A DNA stretch of 64,000 nucleotides, taken from assembly GCA_964035545.1 (NCBI GenBank), contig OZ037767.1, positions 28,536,628 to 28,600,627 of the forward strand, written 5' to 3'. Positions 1 to 12,600 of the stretch are shown piece after piece. The translations under genes and the position numbers were made by a program. This DNA is from Bugula neritina (Eukaryota; Animalia; Bryozoa). Every line of letters starts with the position of its first letter. Position 1 is the first letter of the stretch. A model generated the notes under the pieces. It searched no databases. It saw only the letters and a program-made list of their open reading frames with translations, and was not told the origin of the DNA.

Positions 1-804
1 TGTTCTGACAATGACTCTGGTCTTCGGGCTAAGATCCACCCCGTCAAGTGAGTAGCTGCCCGTACACAAATACAATATACTCTGGTCTTAGGGCTAAGAT
101 CCACCCCGTCAAGTGAGTAGCTGCCCGTACACATATACAATATACTCTGGTCTTAGGGCTAAGATCCACCCCGTCAAGTGAGTAGCTGCCCGTACACAAA
201 TACAATATACTCTGGTCTTAGGGCTAAGATCCACCCGTCAAGTGAGTAGCTGCCCGTACACATATACAATATACTCTGGTCTTAGGGCTAAGATCCACCC
301 CGTCAAGTGAGTAGCTGCTCGTACACAAATACAATATACTCTGGTCTTAGGGCTAAGATCCATCTTGTCAAGTGAGTAACTGCTCGTATACATATGCAAT
401 ATATTATACAATATAAATCCCTTTCATTAGGAATGACAACTATAAACTTGCGTGACTTTTTTGGCAGACGAAATAGACAGCATATTATTAACATACATGA
501 ACATACATGGTCTGAATAATTTGCGTTTTGTAGGTGGGCATTCCTGGAGCTACTTGGGTTCTTCTCCTTTTTTGGGGTGTCACTGATTAGCACACAATCT
601 ACATTTCTCTCCCTGGCTATTTGCATGATCACAGTCTTTTCAATTTCCATACTCTGTTTTGTGATTGCTGATTTGGATAACCCTTTCAGTGGATTCTTCA
701 GACTAGATCTCTCACTTTTGAATTTGGTCATTTCTAGAGGTCAAAGGGTCTACAGTCACCTTCAAGAAGGTCAGTCAATTCTTGTATCATCAGCTTTATC
801 GTAA
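1..804 (+). CDS. 3' end of a DUF4239/bestrophin-like multi-pass membrane protein (exons <1-47, 534-804)
   Basis: AA|GTGAGT donor at 48 and TTTGTAG| acceptor at 533 join in frame: CSDNDSGLRAKIHPVKWAFLELLGFFSFFGVSLIS...SISILCFVIADLDNPFSGFFRLD...SALS*. Two hydrophobic helices followed by DLDxPFxG resemble the DUF4239 (PF14023) C-terminus. Family assigned from memory, not by search. Confidence 0.6.
16..403 (+). repeat. 65-bp minisatellite, 6 copies, each spanning the exon end and 5' splice site
   Basis: Unit tctggtctt(c/a)gggctaagatccaccccgtcaagtgagtagctgcccgtacacaaatacaatatac starts at 16, 81, 146, 211, 275 and 340. Confidence 0.95.
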
Positions 805-1583
805 TTTTTCACCTGATAGGTCAGTATCTCACTTGCAATAAATGAAAGTTGAAGCTAATCATTTTGTTAAAAATTTACTATAATGTATTTTCGAAAATTT
901 TTAGCTTATATTGTATGTACTTTAATAACACCAGTGTTATATAGTTTGTATAATTTATTACTTTAATTGCACATGCATAAAGGGAGTTGTCCCTCTTGAA
1001 CTGACTACACAATTATTTTAGAAATCATCTTATATTATTTACTTGTTATTATGTGCACTATAATAATCAGTCATTTATATGAATACAATGTGAAACTCAG
1101 GTAACCAATCTCCTTCACTAATTTTATTTATTTAGTAAGCTTTTGTTTCCTGTTAAATATTTTCCTTCAATGAAAATCTTCAGTAGCTTATTGTTCTAGT
1201 AATCTAGTACAAGGATAATTATGTATTCTATCTATCTATTCTGACTGTATTACATTATATAGTAACTTATAAAATATATTTGCTAATATTTACCAAGTCT
1301 TCCCTCTTTGTTCATATTGTAATCCAAGGCCTAATGATAATATTCCCTAGCTATAGGCCTAGTATTAGTGCCATCCATTTTGGTGACATTCATTAGGCAG
1401 CCATGATGCTCTATATTGCAGGCAGCTTTGAGAACAGCGTACCACACTACGATAAGGACTTGAACAGGAAGTCATGTATTATTGACTTGCATCATCTGAC
1501 TCGGAAAATCTACCCTTTCAAAACCCTCAGTCCTCCGCCCTCACCTGTCCATCCATTTGCTGTGACAGCCTTCCGGAAGTCTT

Positions 1584-1768
1584 AACTATCACTGTATAAC
1601 TATAACTATTTATCTGTAACTTTATAACTATTTAGTTATAGTTATAACTATATAGTTATAGTTATAACTATATAGTTATAGTTATAACTATATAGTTATA
1701 GTTATAACTATATAGTTATAGTTATAACTATATAGTTATAACTATAACTATATAGTTATAACTATATT
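1584..1768. repeat. AT-rich 20-bp tandem repeat built from the palindrome TAGTTATAACTA
   Basis: (tatagttatagttataacta)n read directly. Confidence 0.9.
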
Positions 1769-2306
1769 TAGAGAGCTGCAAGTGAGTCATCAATAGCCTG
1801 TGATTCTCACTTTCCTGTTGCTTTTAACTGCTTGAGAATCACAGCTAACTTTGCTGAAGCCAAACATTATTTTAGTCACTATTATTGTATTTCATGTTGT
1901 GAACACTTGCATCCAAAGCTAAGCATTTATTCTGTTGTAAGTTTTATAATGCAGTGTTGTATTTATATGTAGGCCCATTCAGCTGAAAGTGCTTGATAAA
2001 AATGTGAAGCTGGTATATTCAAAAATGCCATTTGACATGTCTGATTCATTGGCATCATTTATAAGGAAATTTATGTAGGAGTTTTTATGCTAGAGTGAGT
2101 AGGAATGAACGCAGTTTTTATTGTAATAGTTCTGTCAAATATTATATTTTGAAAACTTTTTAAAAAGTTCTATATTAGAGAAATTGTTTAAAATGAAGAC
2201 TACAAATACATAAACAGATATGGGCATAGTGGTATTAATGTGAATTAACAAGTTAATTTAACCTTATATATTCTCAGTTAATGAAGTTAGTCATTGTCCA
2301 GTCAAG

Positions 2307-5300
2307 TTATTTTCTCCTGCATCTAAAATAAACCACTAAGCAGATGATAATCATCATGGAGGCAAGACAACTCCCAACTACTGCAGAAATGTTATAAACT
2401 GATCTTTTATATTCTTGATAGTTTTCATTCCCTTTAGCTAAAATATAAAAAATGTAGTTGCATCAAAAATTAAATGTTACAATTTAGTGTAGTTTTATAT
2501 TCACAAACACACATATGCACACGCGTGCATACACACATGTATATGTATGTTTGTGTCCTCACCTTTAACAATGACTGGCCCACTTTCAACAGCTCTATCC
2601 ACTCCTGTTACATTCTTCTCAACACTGACTGTATCGACTATTGCTGTTGTTATATCCTTGCTGTAAGTCGATGTTTCTGCTGTAGCAGAGGGTGAGGAGC
2701 CGTAGAGTCTCACTTTTCTACATAATTGTGTTCTATTGATAATCCCGCAGCACATCAAATTAAATGTTGAGTTGAGTCTGTGTGCTAAAAATGTCGAGCC
2801 TATCAAAAGAATAAAATGTAAAAGTTGAAACACTCCTGCTGGAGATTCAGTTTTATGCTATGCACAGCTTACTGTAAGAAAGTAGCCTAAGATCATCATA
2901 CCAACAGTATCAGGAAAGCTGGGTGGTGCCTTTTCCCCTTCATACATACACCATTGAAGTAAGTTTAGATCACTGTCTTGTAGAGTAGACAATTTCAAAT
3001 CTTTTCCATTAATAAGTTGATCGTCTGCATTTCTTGCTAGTTCACATTCCATGTAATGTTCTAAAATTCAAAATATCCTTGATAATACTACATACATGCT
3101 AAATCTAATAAAGTAACATACCACACAAAATTGTACAACACAATCTAGTTAGATAAAAAAACATTTTTCCAAAATTTAATTTATGACACTCATTTAAATA
3201 AAAAATTGCCTATTTAATAATCAAATTCATTTTATCTCCAACAGCTAAACTCCAAGTTAACCATTAAAGAATTTATTGACTCATTTACCTTAGCGTATTT
3301 TCACAACATACCAGATGAAAGTGGTGCAGCAAAGCCTCAATATTGAGACATCTAGCTACAAACTTGAAGTATGTTGTATTTTTGTTGCATGTGGTACATC
3401 TACAAGGTCTGTTTCAACAAGCTCTGCCTACATAATTAGCATAATTTCTCAACTCACGCAACTTTGTGGGCAAAGAGGGAGGGGGGACAGACGCCTCTGC
3501 ACTTAGCAAAGACTTGCTACACGTTTTTCTGTTCTTTCTCAATGTAAACTGTTTGCTGCTAATTTTCTTATCCTCAGAAATATTTTTCAGAATTCCATTA
3601 TTCTTTGGTAGCCAGCAACTGACTTCTATCAGCCGAATACTTGATGTCATTAAAGTGTCAGACTGTAGGAAGCATGTGCTAGCACCTGCATAAACATGTC
3701 ATACCATCAGTTATAACAGAATTTATAACCAACCATGCAGTTACATATGCTTATGATAATTATAATAAAATAGACAAGTGAACAAATATCTGGATGGTAT
3801 AATTTATATGATACATGACGTAGCCTATGTAAAGAAAAACCAATATAAGCTACAAAATTTTTCGAACTACTTTTTGTGCTTGAACAAAAAAGTACGTCCA
3901 AAAGCTTTTCAGCTGCAATGTATTTAGTGTATAATGACAAATTTATATCTTTGAGCCAAATTGGATAGATTTCTGACTAAATGATCGATATGTGTAGATC
4001 AACAATAGATTTTTAATAGAAGAATATTATATGCTGTTTGTTTTAGAAATATTTATTATATGATTTATAAATTGCTTATAGAGTAATATTAGACTGTCTA
4101 TAGAGTAATAATGGACCGTTTATAGAGTGATATTAGACTATTTATAAAGAAGAAAACTTATACCATTCTGGGCAGTTCTGTTAAGTTCCTCAAGAAAATT
4201 ATTGTTTTTAACATCTCTTATTTTCCAGTAGACACCACCCCGACGTTCCAAAGCAGACTGTGAAATACCTGGATGTGAGCACTCAACACAGCATAACTCA
4301 GTTTCCTCCGCCCCAGCAAACGCAGCTAGGGATTCATAGTCTGCAGAAGGAGAGAACAACATTGAAGTACAATCTTACATCAAACATTATAACACTGTAT
4401 TTATATAGCATAGTCCAATATTGTACATGCCTATAACAGGGTATATATATATACTATGGTATAGTATTGTACTGTACGAGTATATACATATATGGTATAA
4501 TATAATGCTGTTTGTATATAACACAGTATAGTTATATAGTATGGTATAATACTTTACATATATAACACAGTGTGTATATAATATAGTAACACTCACAAGG
4601 GATGGTTATGGATATAGCCTGAGATATATACATCTCAGCCCCAATCTTCCCTACACACCTATACAGGGTGGAGTATTTTTCAGCCCAAACTTTTCTTGTT
4701 TGTAAAGTTGATCCAGCTATTGCAATATAATTATTTTTCAAAACATTGATTTGAGATTGCCGAGGTACAATCTTCCAGCTGGTGGCATTCCAAAATTCCA
4801 CTCTTAGTTGTGTCACTTTCATGTTATCTCTTCCCTTACAGGTGATCATTAGCCCATGTTTCCCAACAGTGATATGCTTGTTACCATGGGGTATGTAATC
4901 ACCCACCCATTCTATCTTGAGTAAATTAGAAACCTCTGTGCAGTTGAATGGCTCAGCATTTACCAATACTAAAATTATTATATATATTAACTGAAATGAA
5001 ACATAAGATATTTTCTAGTTCAGTGGTATGGACAGTCATGTACAGTACAAACTGCAATAGGGCATATAATAGACATCTTTCGTGAAAACACGTCACTCAT
5101 GTTTTTCTGTTTTGGAACAAAGTTATGGCAAAATATATTATACTGAATATAATTTAGCCAAACAACTACAATCATCAACTATATTGAATCTTTTAATTTT
5201 TGTTGTAAATAATAAAAAAAAGTCATTCAGCTTCAATTAAGTTTTCACATAAACTGAAAACATTATATTAAAAAATAAAGTTTGGACAATCAAGACTTTG

Positions 5301-5525
5301 TTATAAACAGATAAAAACTGGAACTATAACAGATAATGAACTGCAATAGTGAGCATCTGACTATAACTTGGAGTCACTATTTTAGATAAAAATTTACCAA
5401 TATAAGCTGTGTAACTGTGCCAAACCAATCATTATCAACAGTTAATACTAGACTTCTACTAAACTACACTTACCAGCGAATGCTGCAAACACGAGAACAC
5501 TTGCTGTCACTATGGTTGCTGCCAT
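2307..5525 (-). CDS. Divergent Ig-superfamily type I membrane protein, ~432 aa (exons 5525-5474, 4968-4597, 4340-4164, 3685-3458, 3060-2902, 2799-2563, 2380-2307)
   Basis: Signal peptide MAATIVTASVLVFAAFAVLVNA. Domain 1 has C(ITCK)...W(EFWN)...YRC Ig pattern; two further more degenerate Cys/Trp domains follow. Then a S/T stalk, TM VVGSCLASMMIIICLVVYF and tail RCRRK*. All six introns are phase 1 GT-AG and the total of 1299 nt is in frame. Middle exon boundaries (3458, 2799) are less certain. Confidence 0.65.
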
Positions 5526-6223
5526 CTTCAGAAGAATATCAGTTACAAGCCACGGCAGGCAATACGTGTTACTACACTTGATATGAGGCAAATGTAGCTA
5601 CGCAGATCTCCAAATATTATTTAATAATTTCTCTAGTCATAACATTTGCAGCAACAATTTTTTGTTTTGACTTACAAGTTTATCTTATTTTGTCTAAGAT
5701 TATGCATAACTAACATTTCCTGTAGACACTGAGATGAAAATGGCGGCAGTTCCCAAATCAGATTTTAACCTTATTTTCAAGAATTACATTCACAGCGTAG
5801 CTGATTACATATATAGGGGAGGTAATAAAACCAACAATGTGAAGCTCTATACAGACAACATAATCAGCAGAACCTTATTTGAAAACATGAAAATTGAGCT
5901 AACTGACTGGACTAGAAACCGAGATGCATAAAAGGTATTCAATTTAAAAATCAATTTCATTTTCTAAATTACTCAAATCATAAAAAATACCACTAAAAAA
6001 GTTCAAAATTCAAGTAAAAACACACGAAGATTCTGTCTATTTTTTATTTCAACATCTTACTTGTGTGAATATTTTCAATATTTAAAAAACTAGAAAAAGC
6101 TATAGAATCTAGGAAATTTTATTTGCCAAAATAACAATGATGAAATATCAAAGAACCAGTCTTTGCTATAACTAGTGTAGATTATACTGATATAGCATAA
6201 TGGACGAAATCATTGCAGATGAT

Positions 6224-6290
6224 TAGACTTAGGGTCTATAGTAGACTTAGGGTCTATAGTAGACTTAGGGTCTATAGTAGACTTAAGGGT
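6224..6290. repeat. 18-bp tandem repeat (tagacttagggtctatag), ~3.5 copies
   Basis: Read directly. Confidence 0.85.
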
Positions 6291-6681
6291 GAGTAGACAT
6301 TCGTGCCAATAAAATATAGTTTAAAGATCTATTGCCCAGTGTTTTCACACCAAAAGGGAAGAAAACAACAATATATAAAAACATAAGTCCAGTTATTCCT
6401 CTCAGTCGCAATAGAATAAAATACAATAAAATTTACAGTCAATAATGAAAATTTATCAAAGAAATAAGTTAATCATTACAAAAATCCATTCTATAATAAA
6501 CAATAGTATAACTCATACTAAATAAGAAGTTTAAATCATTGGCTTTAGAAACTTTGCATTTGTAGCAATGCAGAATATAGGATGGAGAAGTCAAAGTAAT
6601 AACATGGAGCATTTAACTAAAATCTTAGAGTGAGTAAAGTTTCAACTTTCAGCTAGTAAAGTCTAAAAAAGGAAAGAGTTT

Positions 6682-9600
6682 TTATGACAAAGAATTAACA
6701 TCTGTATCTGATCGCACCTCAAATGAGATAGCGTCAATAGGAGTAATGCTAGCAGGGGCTACATCCTCACTTATACTATACATACAGTTATGAGATACAT
6801 TTCTCCTGTACACATCCTTCCCATCATGCAACAGCTGTCTCTCACTAATTGCAGCTTCAACAAGGGCAGGCATGCTTTTGCTTTTACTTGTATTCGCTTT
6901 AAAGCTAAAATTCAATTAATGCAAAGATATAAAAAAGCAAAGTTATGGTCAGATTATATACAAATTATTAGCAAAACCAAAGTAACTGTTACCCATAGAG
7001 TACGGAAACACTATACCTGGCAAAAGGAGATTTCTCATGATGGAGAAGTGAAACCGACAAACTGCTTGTAGGAGATAATTTTAGTAAATCATCCACGTCC
7101 TGTTGGAAATTACCTCCGTCTTCAGTTACTCGAATTCTACACAGTAGAAACAGTGAATCACACCCTCTACACAGTAAAAACAGTGAAGCACACACTCTAC
7201 ACAGTAGAAACAGTGAATTACACACACCCTATACACAGTAGAAACAGTGAATTACACACCCTTCACACAGTAGAAACAGTGAAGCACACACCCTCTACAC
7301 AGTAGAAACAGTGAAGCACACACCCTCTACACTGTAGAAAACGCAAAACTTTGACTATTGTAAGACAGCGTCATCCCTATGAACTATTATCATGACCAAG
7401 CATTACCATCGGCCGGTGTCTCACAATACGGCAGAATAAAAACTCCATTGAAAATAGAACTGCCACGTTTTAAAATATAGATAATAAAATAAAAATCCAC
7501 CTTCTCATATAAAACTAGCAGATTACTACACACAGTAGCTAGTAGGTGTTTAGCTAGCTGTGATATCAACGTGTAGACATACCCAGGGCAGGCGCTATGG
7601 TTGTTGTGAGACGTGTTCGGTGAGAGAGCGGGACAGGAGTTTCTAGGACTTCCTAAAACGGTAAAAATATTAATTAATAATGTTAAATCATAGACGAAAC
7701 TCCATCTTGTATTGAAGTCTGACACGCAATCATATCTGAACCAAACAATGCTCCTTTTGCTTATGATATTAAAAAACTTGTCTTGACAGCAAATGCCATC
7801 TTTTTACTACATCCATAGTGCATGCTTCACAAAAGTACGTTTACCTACACCAATTAATGTATTTACATTCTGAAAGCATAAACATTTTATATAGAATTGT
7901 TTGAATTCAATCAATCCGAGAGCAACTGAGCAGCGTACAAATTACTGAGTTCTACGCAGCATCCTTTGGATGTCTGTTTTACCCGAGTTGGCAAGTTAAA
8001 AATCAGTAAAAGGAAAGATTTATACGACATATTGTATACAAACATTACTAAATAGTATATACATTTTCATCCCATGTAAAGCTAGCGCAGGAAAATTTGC
8101 AAATGACAAACATACCACGCGGCTCATTGCTATCCCCTGGAGGGTCATTGCTATCCCTTGGAGGGTCATTAGAGGTCAAAGGTCGGTCAGCAGAAGAGTC
8201 AGAGCGCGTTCTAGAAGATTCCCCGCCAGCTCCATTAGAGTCAGCAGTGCTTGGAGACAGCGCGTCAATTTCCATCATTTTATTCATAAACTAAAACACG
8301 TATATAAATAACAAAGTTATAGTGCGCTTATTATAGTGTATTTATATAACCCATTTCTTACATTCCAGTATATTTACAGCTGGAGGTAACAAACACAATG
8401 ATCAATGGCTCGCCTAAGGAACACAAACTTACCTCATTGAAGACTTTAGAGGCCTGGGGCTGTCGATACGGACACGAAGATTTATTCAGGCCATCGGGAA
8501 AATATCTTTGAAAAATCTTTCTATTAATTTGTGAAAGCTAAAACAGACCCATCAAAGAAATTTAGAAACATATAGGGAGAAACGAGAGCAAGACATTAAG
8601 CTAAATGTTTTATAAATAAATTTTCTGTCCTAAACTGACCAGTGATCTGATTGGCTACCAAGTCTGCAGGTTTCAGAGGTTTTAAGGTAGAGTTACTAGT
8701 GCTGACTGGTGCCAGAGAAGTAGTGAGAAAGACTACATTCTCAGACTAACCTGTTGAGACATGTCAGCATATCTCAGACTAACCTGTTGAAACATGTCCG
8801 CATAGCTCAGACTAACCTGTTGAGACATGTCAGCACACCTCAGACTAACCTGTTGAGACATGTCAACATATCTCAGACTAACCTGTTGAAACATGTCCGC
8901 ATAGCTCAGACTAACCTGTTGAGACATGTCAGCATATCCCAGACTAACCTGTTGAAACATGTCAACATATCTCAGACTAACCTGTTGAGACGTGTCAACA
9001 TATCTCAGACTAACCTGTTGAGACATGTCAGCATATCCCAGACTAACCTGTTGAAACATGTCAGCATATCTCAGACTAACCTGTTGAGACGTGTCAACAT
9101 ATCTCAGACTAACCTGTTGAGACATGTTGCTAACTATGGACTCAATGACATCACTGGGTAGTTCAGAGGTAGAGAGAGTACTGAGTTTAATAGTTCCAGA
9201 GTAGCTAATGAAGTTGAGGGAGTATTGCACATGGTGTGGGGGGTACGTGAAGAACATAATATCTCTAATACTAGCACCTTCTATGTAGTCCACCGTCTTC
9301 GGTCCGTCAAAGCTATCAACAAAAGAAGAGAAAATAATAACAAAATCCCAGAATTCATGACAGGAAATAGTTGCTATGTCTGTCAGCATGTGTCTAAATA
9401 CATTCAGTATAGGATAGTACGTTATAGCAGTCCTACCTTCACTCAAGTTGGGGACATGATGAGCATAAATGACATTTTATTTTAGACAAAAGCCTCAAAT
9501 AGTTATTGATATCAAAGCCAATATTCAATCCAGATAAAAAATTACTGAAATTATGAGTACAAACTGACTTACCTTGTGACTAGACTATGACTTACCTTGA

Positions 9601-12600
9601 GACTAGACTATGACGTATACCTTGTGACTAGACTATGACTTACCTTGTGACTAGACCATGACTTACCTTGTGACTAGACCATGACATACCTTGTGACTAG
9701 ACTATGACTTACCTTGTGACTAGACTATGACTTACTTTGTGACTAGACTATGACTTACCTTGTGACTAGACTATGACTTACTTTGTGACTAGACTATGAC
9801 TTACCTTGTGACTAGAGTACTACACTGCCCCTGTAGATATCTATGAAGGAATCTACACAGTCTCAAACTGAATGGTAGACAATGCAGCCACCTCAGCATA
9901 TAGAACTGAGTTTTAGTATCACCTGACTTCTTCAGAGTAGTTAGTAAGTGTTCTGTCAGCCACAGGCGTGGGATAACTTCTGTAAATGTAATATACTTAC
10001 ACATTGGTATAGGTATGTACGCATAGGTATGTAAACTTAGGTATGTACACATAGGTATGTAAACTTGGGTATGTACACATAGGTATATACACGTAGGTAT
10101 GTACACATAGGTATGTACGCATAGGTATGTACACGTAGGTATGTACGCATATTAGTATGATGAGATATATGATATTATATCCAGTAACAAGAAATAAACA
10201 ACTGACATGCACTAAATAGTCAACCAATAATTTAGGTATAAAAGACAAAATCTGATGAGCATATTTTGAGAAGGGAATTTTACCAGCAGCTGAGCTTACA
10301 GGACAAGGAACCATCATCAGGAAGTTGCCTCGGGGTAGAGGGGTGCTGCTCTTCAGGTTACTCCAGAGGTCAAAGGGCACCATCACCCTAGAGTAGGATG
10401 TTACAGTGTTACAGCACAATACAGCTTATATAACTGAACTAAGTCACGATGGTTAAAGAGGAGATAACTCTACAGTCTAGTCAACAAATGGTGTAATTAT
10501 GTTACAGGTAAGATTTCAAGTTAGATGCGAAGTATTAAAAAGTTAATCAGTAAAGAGTAGTCACCTACTTGTCACTCGTCACACATTCCATCTCAAGGGA
10601 TTGGCAGCCTGCTTGTTAGTAAAGTGGAGACAAATTTAAAGTTTTGGTAATTTTTTAATCTATTATAAAATTAAGTGAGCAGTAAAAAATGCTTTGAGAG
10701 TTATCTTCTCTTTGTGAATATAAACTATTGTATTACTGCGTGTATGTCAAATAGTTGTTTCACACAAACCAGAGCTAAGCAGTATAAAAGTAGAGATGCG
10801 ATAGAGGCCTACTTTGAACAATGTTTGAGCACGTCTTTTGTAGCACCAACAGTCATGGACAGGAGCAGGTCAGTGAAGGTCATGCCTAGCAGCATCTTGT
10901 TCTTTAGTAAAAGAGGTAAATTCAAAGTTCTTTCAGACCAAGAGTAGTGAGCTACAAATATATACACAACATGGTTGTACTTAAAGCACAGTTGTGAAAC
11001 TAAAAATGTGGTGTCCACATTGTTATTTATTACCACTGGAATTGTAAGGTTGAGACATGATTACAAGCTGAAGAGTTGCGAGTATAAAGTTGCGACTTTA
11101 ATTGCAGTAACAAATTACAATAAAATCTCAGCTTAATAATTAATTTATTTGTTTACTGAGTGGGTATCATGAGTCCCTAATAACTGTCACACAAAGCTGC
11201 TGATATTTATTGACTTAAATTAAGGAAACTATGAAAAATCAACACCCACAATCATAAGCAAACAGAAAATAATTGTGTTTAATAATTAGTGTCAAACATC
11301 CGCTGCTTCTGGCAACTTCGCCAGCAAACAAACTACGGCCAATCAAACTACAGTTAATCACAATACAGCCAATCAATACGCAGCTACTACTGCCTAAGAT
11401 TCACCTGCAACTGGTGGCTGTCCAGGGTCCACCCTGCTAGAGCTGCAGCTAGGTTCAAGGTTATTCCGCCGCCGTCTCTTTATTAGGAGGTGTAAAAACT
11501 TCATTGGACCAGTTAATAGAAACTGCAAATACACATACAAAGTAATGTACAATAAATAGCTAAAGGAGAACAACTTTATCACACAGGTTTACATTTGATA
11601 GAATAGTACATAATAGTACCTAGTTATACACAGTTTTGATGATGAATCCTTAAGATTGTAACAGCTTACAACTAAAACTATAAAGATTTTTCATGCTTAA
11701 CTCATTTTTTCATAGGTTACTTTTACTGTATTCAATTATTAATAAAATATTCAACTCTGTTATACCATAGACTATGACATGATGATACCAACTCATTGTT
11801 GCTGTTTTACTTTCTAGTCAATATTAAAAAATGTCCTCCAGGCTCCAATTACTATCAAAGTACTGGCTTATAAAGCATTTAAGTGCCTGTTAAGAAGACT
11901 AAGAAAATCTCATTTATTTTCAGCTACTAAAAACTGAACTAAATTATTGGCAGCATTATAAAAATTATAGAAAAAATTATTTATAAACTTTTACATTCCT
12001 AAAAGTTAGCATTTGTTGTTTTTATAAGATCAATATCTCATATAAACATTTATTTTTAACTAGCTTATATTTTAATGTATTTGGTTTCATTTTAAGAAAA
12101 CTCCATAAGCCAACCACTATATCCCTAGCCTTTACCATAGAACTAAAACTAAAAACACTAAAACCTGAGTTGGCAAAATACAGGAGTGTTTCAATATTCA
12201 ATAGTGATTTACCTTAACTAAATGATCATTTCTATGAAAATACTGATCGTGAGCCCGAAATAATATGTTATGAGGATTGGTTAGTGTAAAGGTAAGTATT
12301 TTAGCTAGAGTGACACCATCATACATAGCTCCATGGAACCTCCAAACCAGGACCCTGTCTTGCAGCGTCCCATAACCTACAATTCAAAACTTATGTGAAA
12401 CAAGTACATATTTACACTGTATGTGAATGAGAGCTGGCTTTTAATACAATCCTTTTTACTTCCTCCAGCACTAAAGTACTCAAACTCAATGTTTATACAT
12501 TCTGAGATTTACAAACTGTATATTTGTGATTTAAAATAACAACAAAGTTTTGAACCTAAATTAAAATCATTATCATATAAGAGTAAATATTTGGATTAAA

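Noticed and set aside
3289-3355. Extra exon, or pseudogenisation, of the Ig gene
   Set aside because: Including it gives a stop in the next exon, but skipping it (3458 to 3060) yields a complete ORF, so a pseudogene call is not needed.
6224-6290. TTAGGG within repeat units as interstitial telomere
   Set aside because: Single hexamers inside longer units, not tandem (TTAGGG)n.
8754-9161. Plus-strand 135-aa repeat ORF, and ORFs at 15685-15986, 19292-19576, 52610-52828 and 13253-13435
   Set aside because: By-products of tandem or low-complexity repeats with no independent coding evidence.
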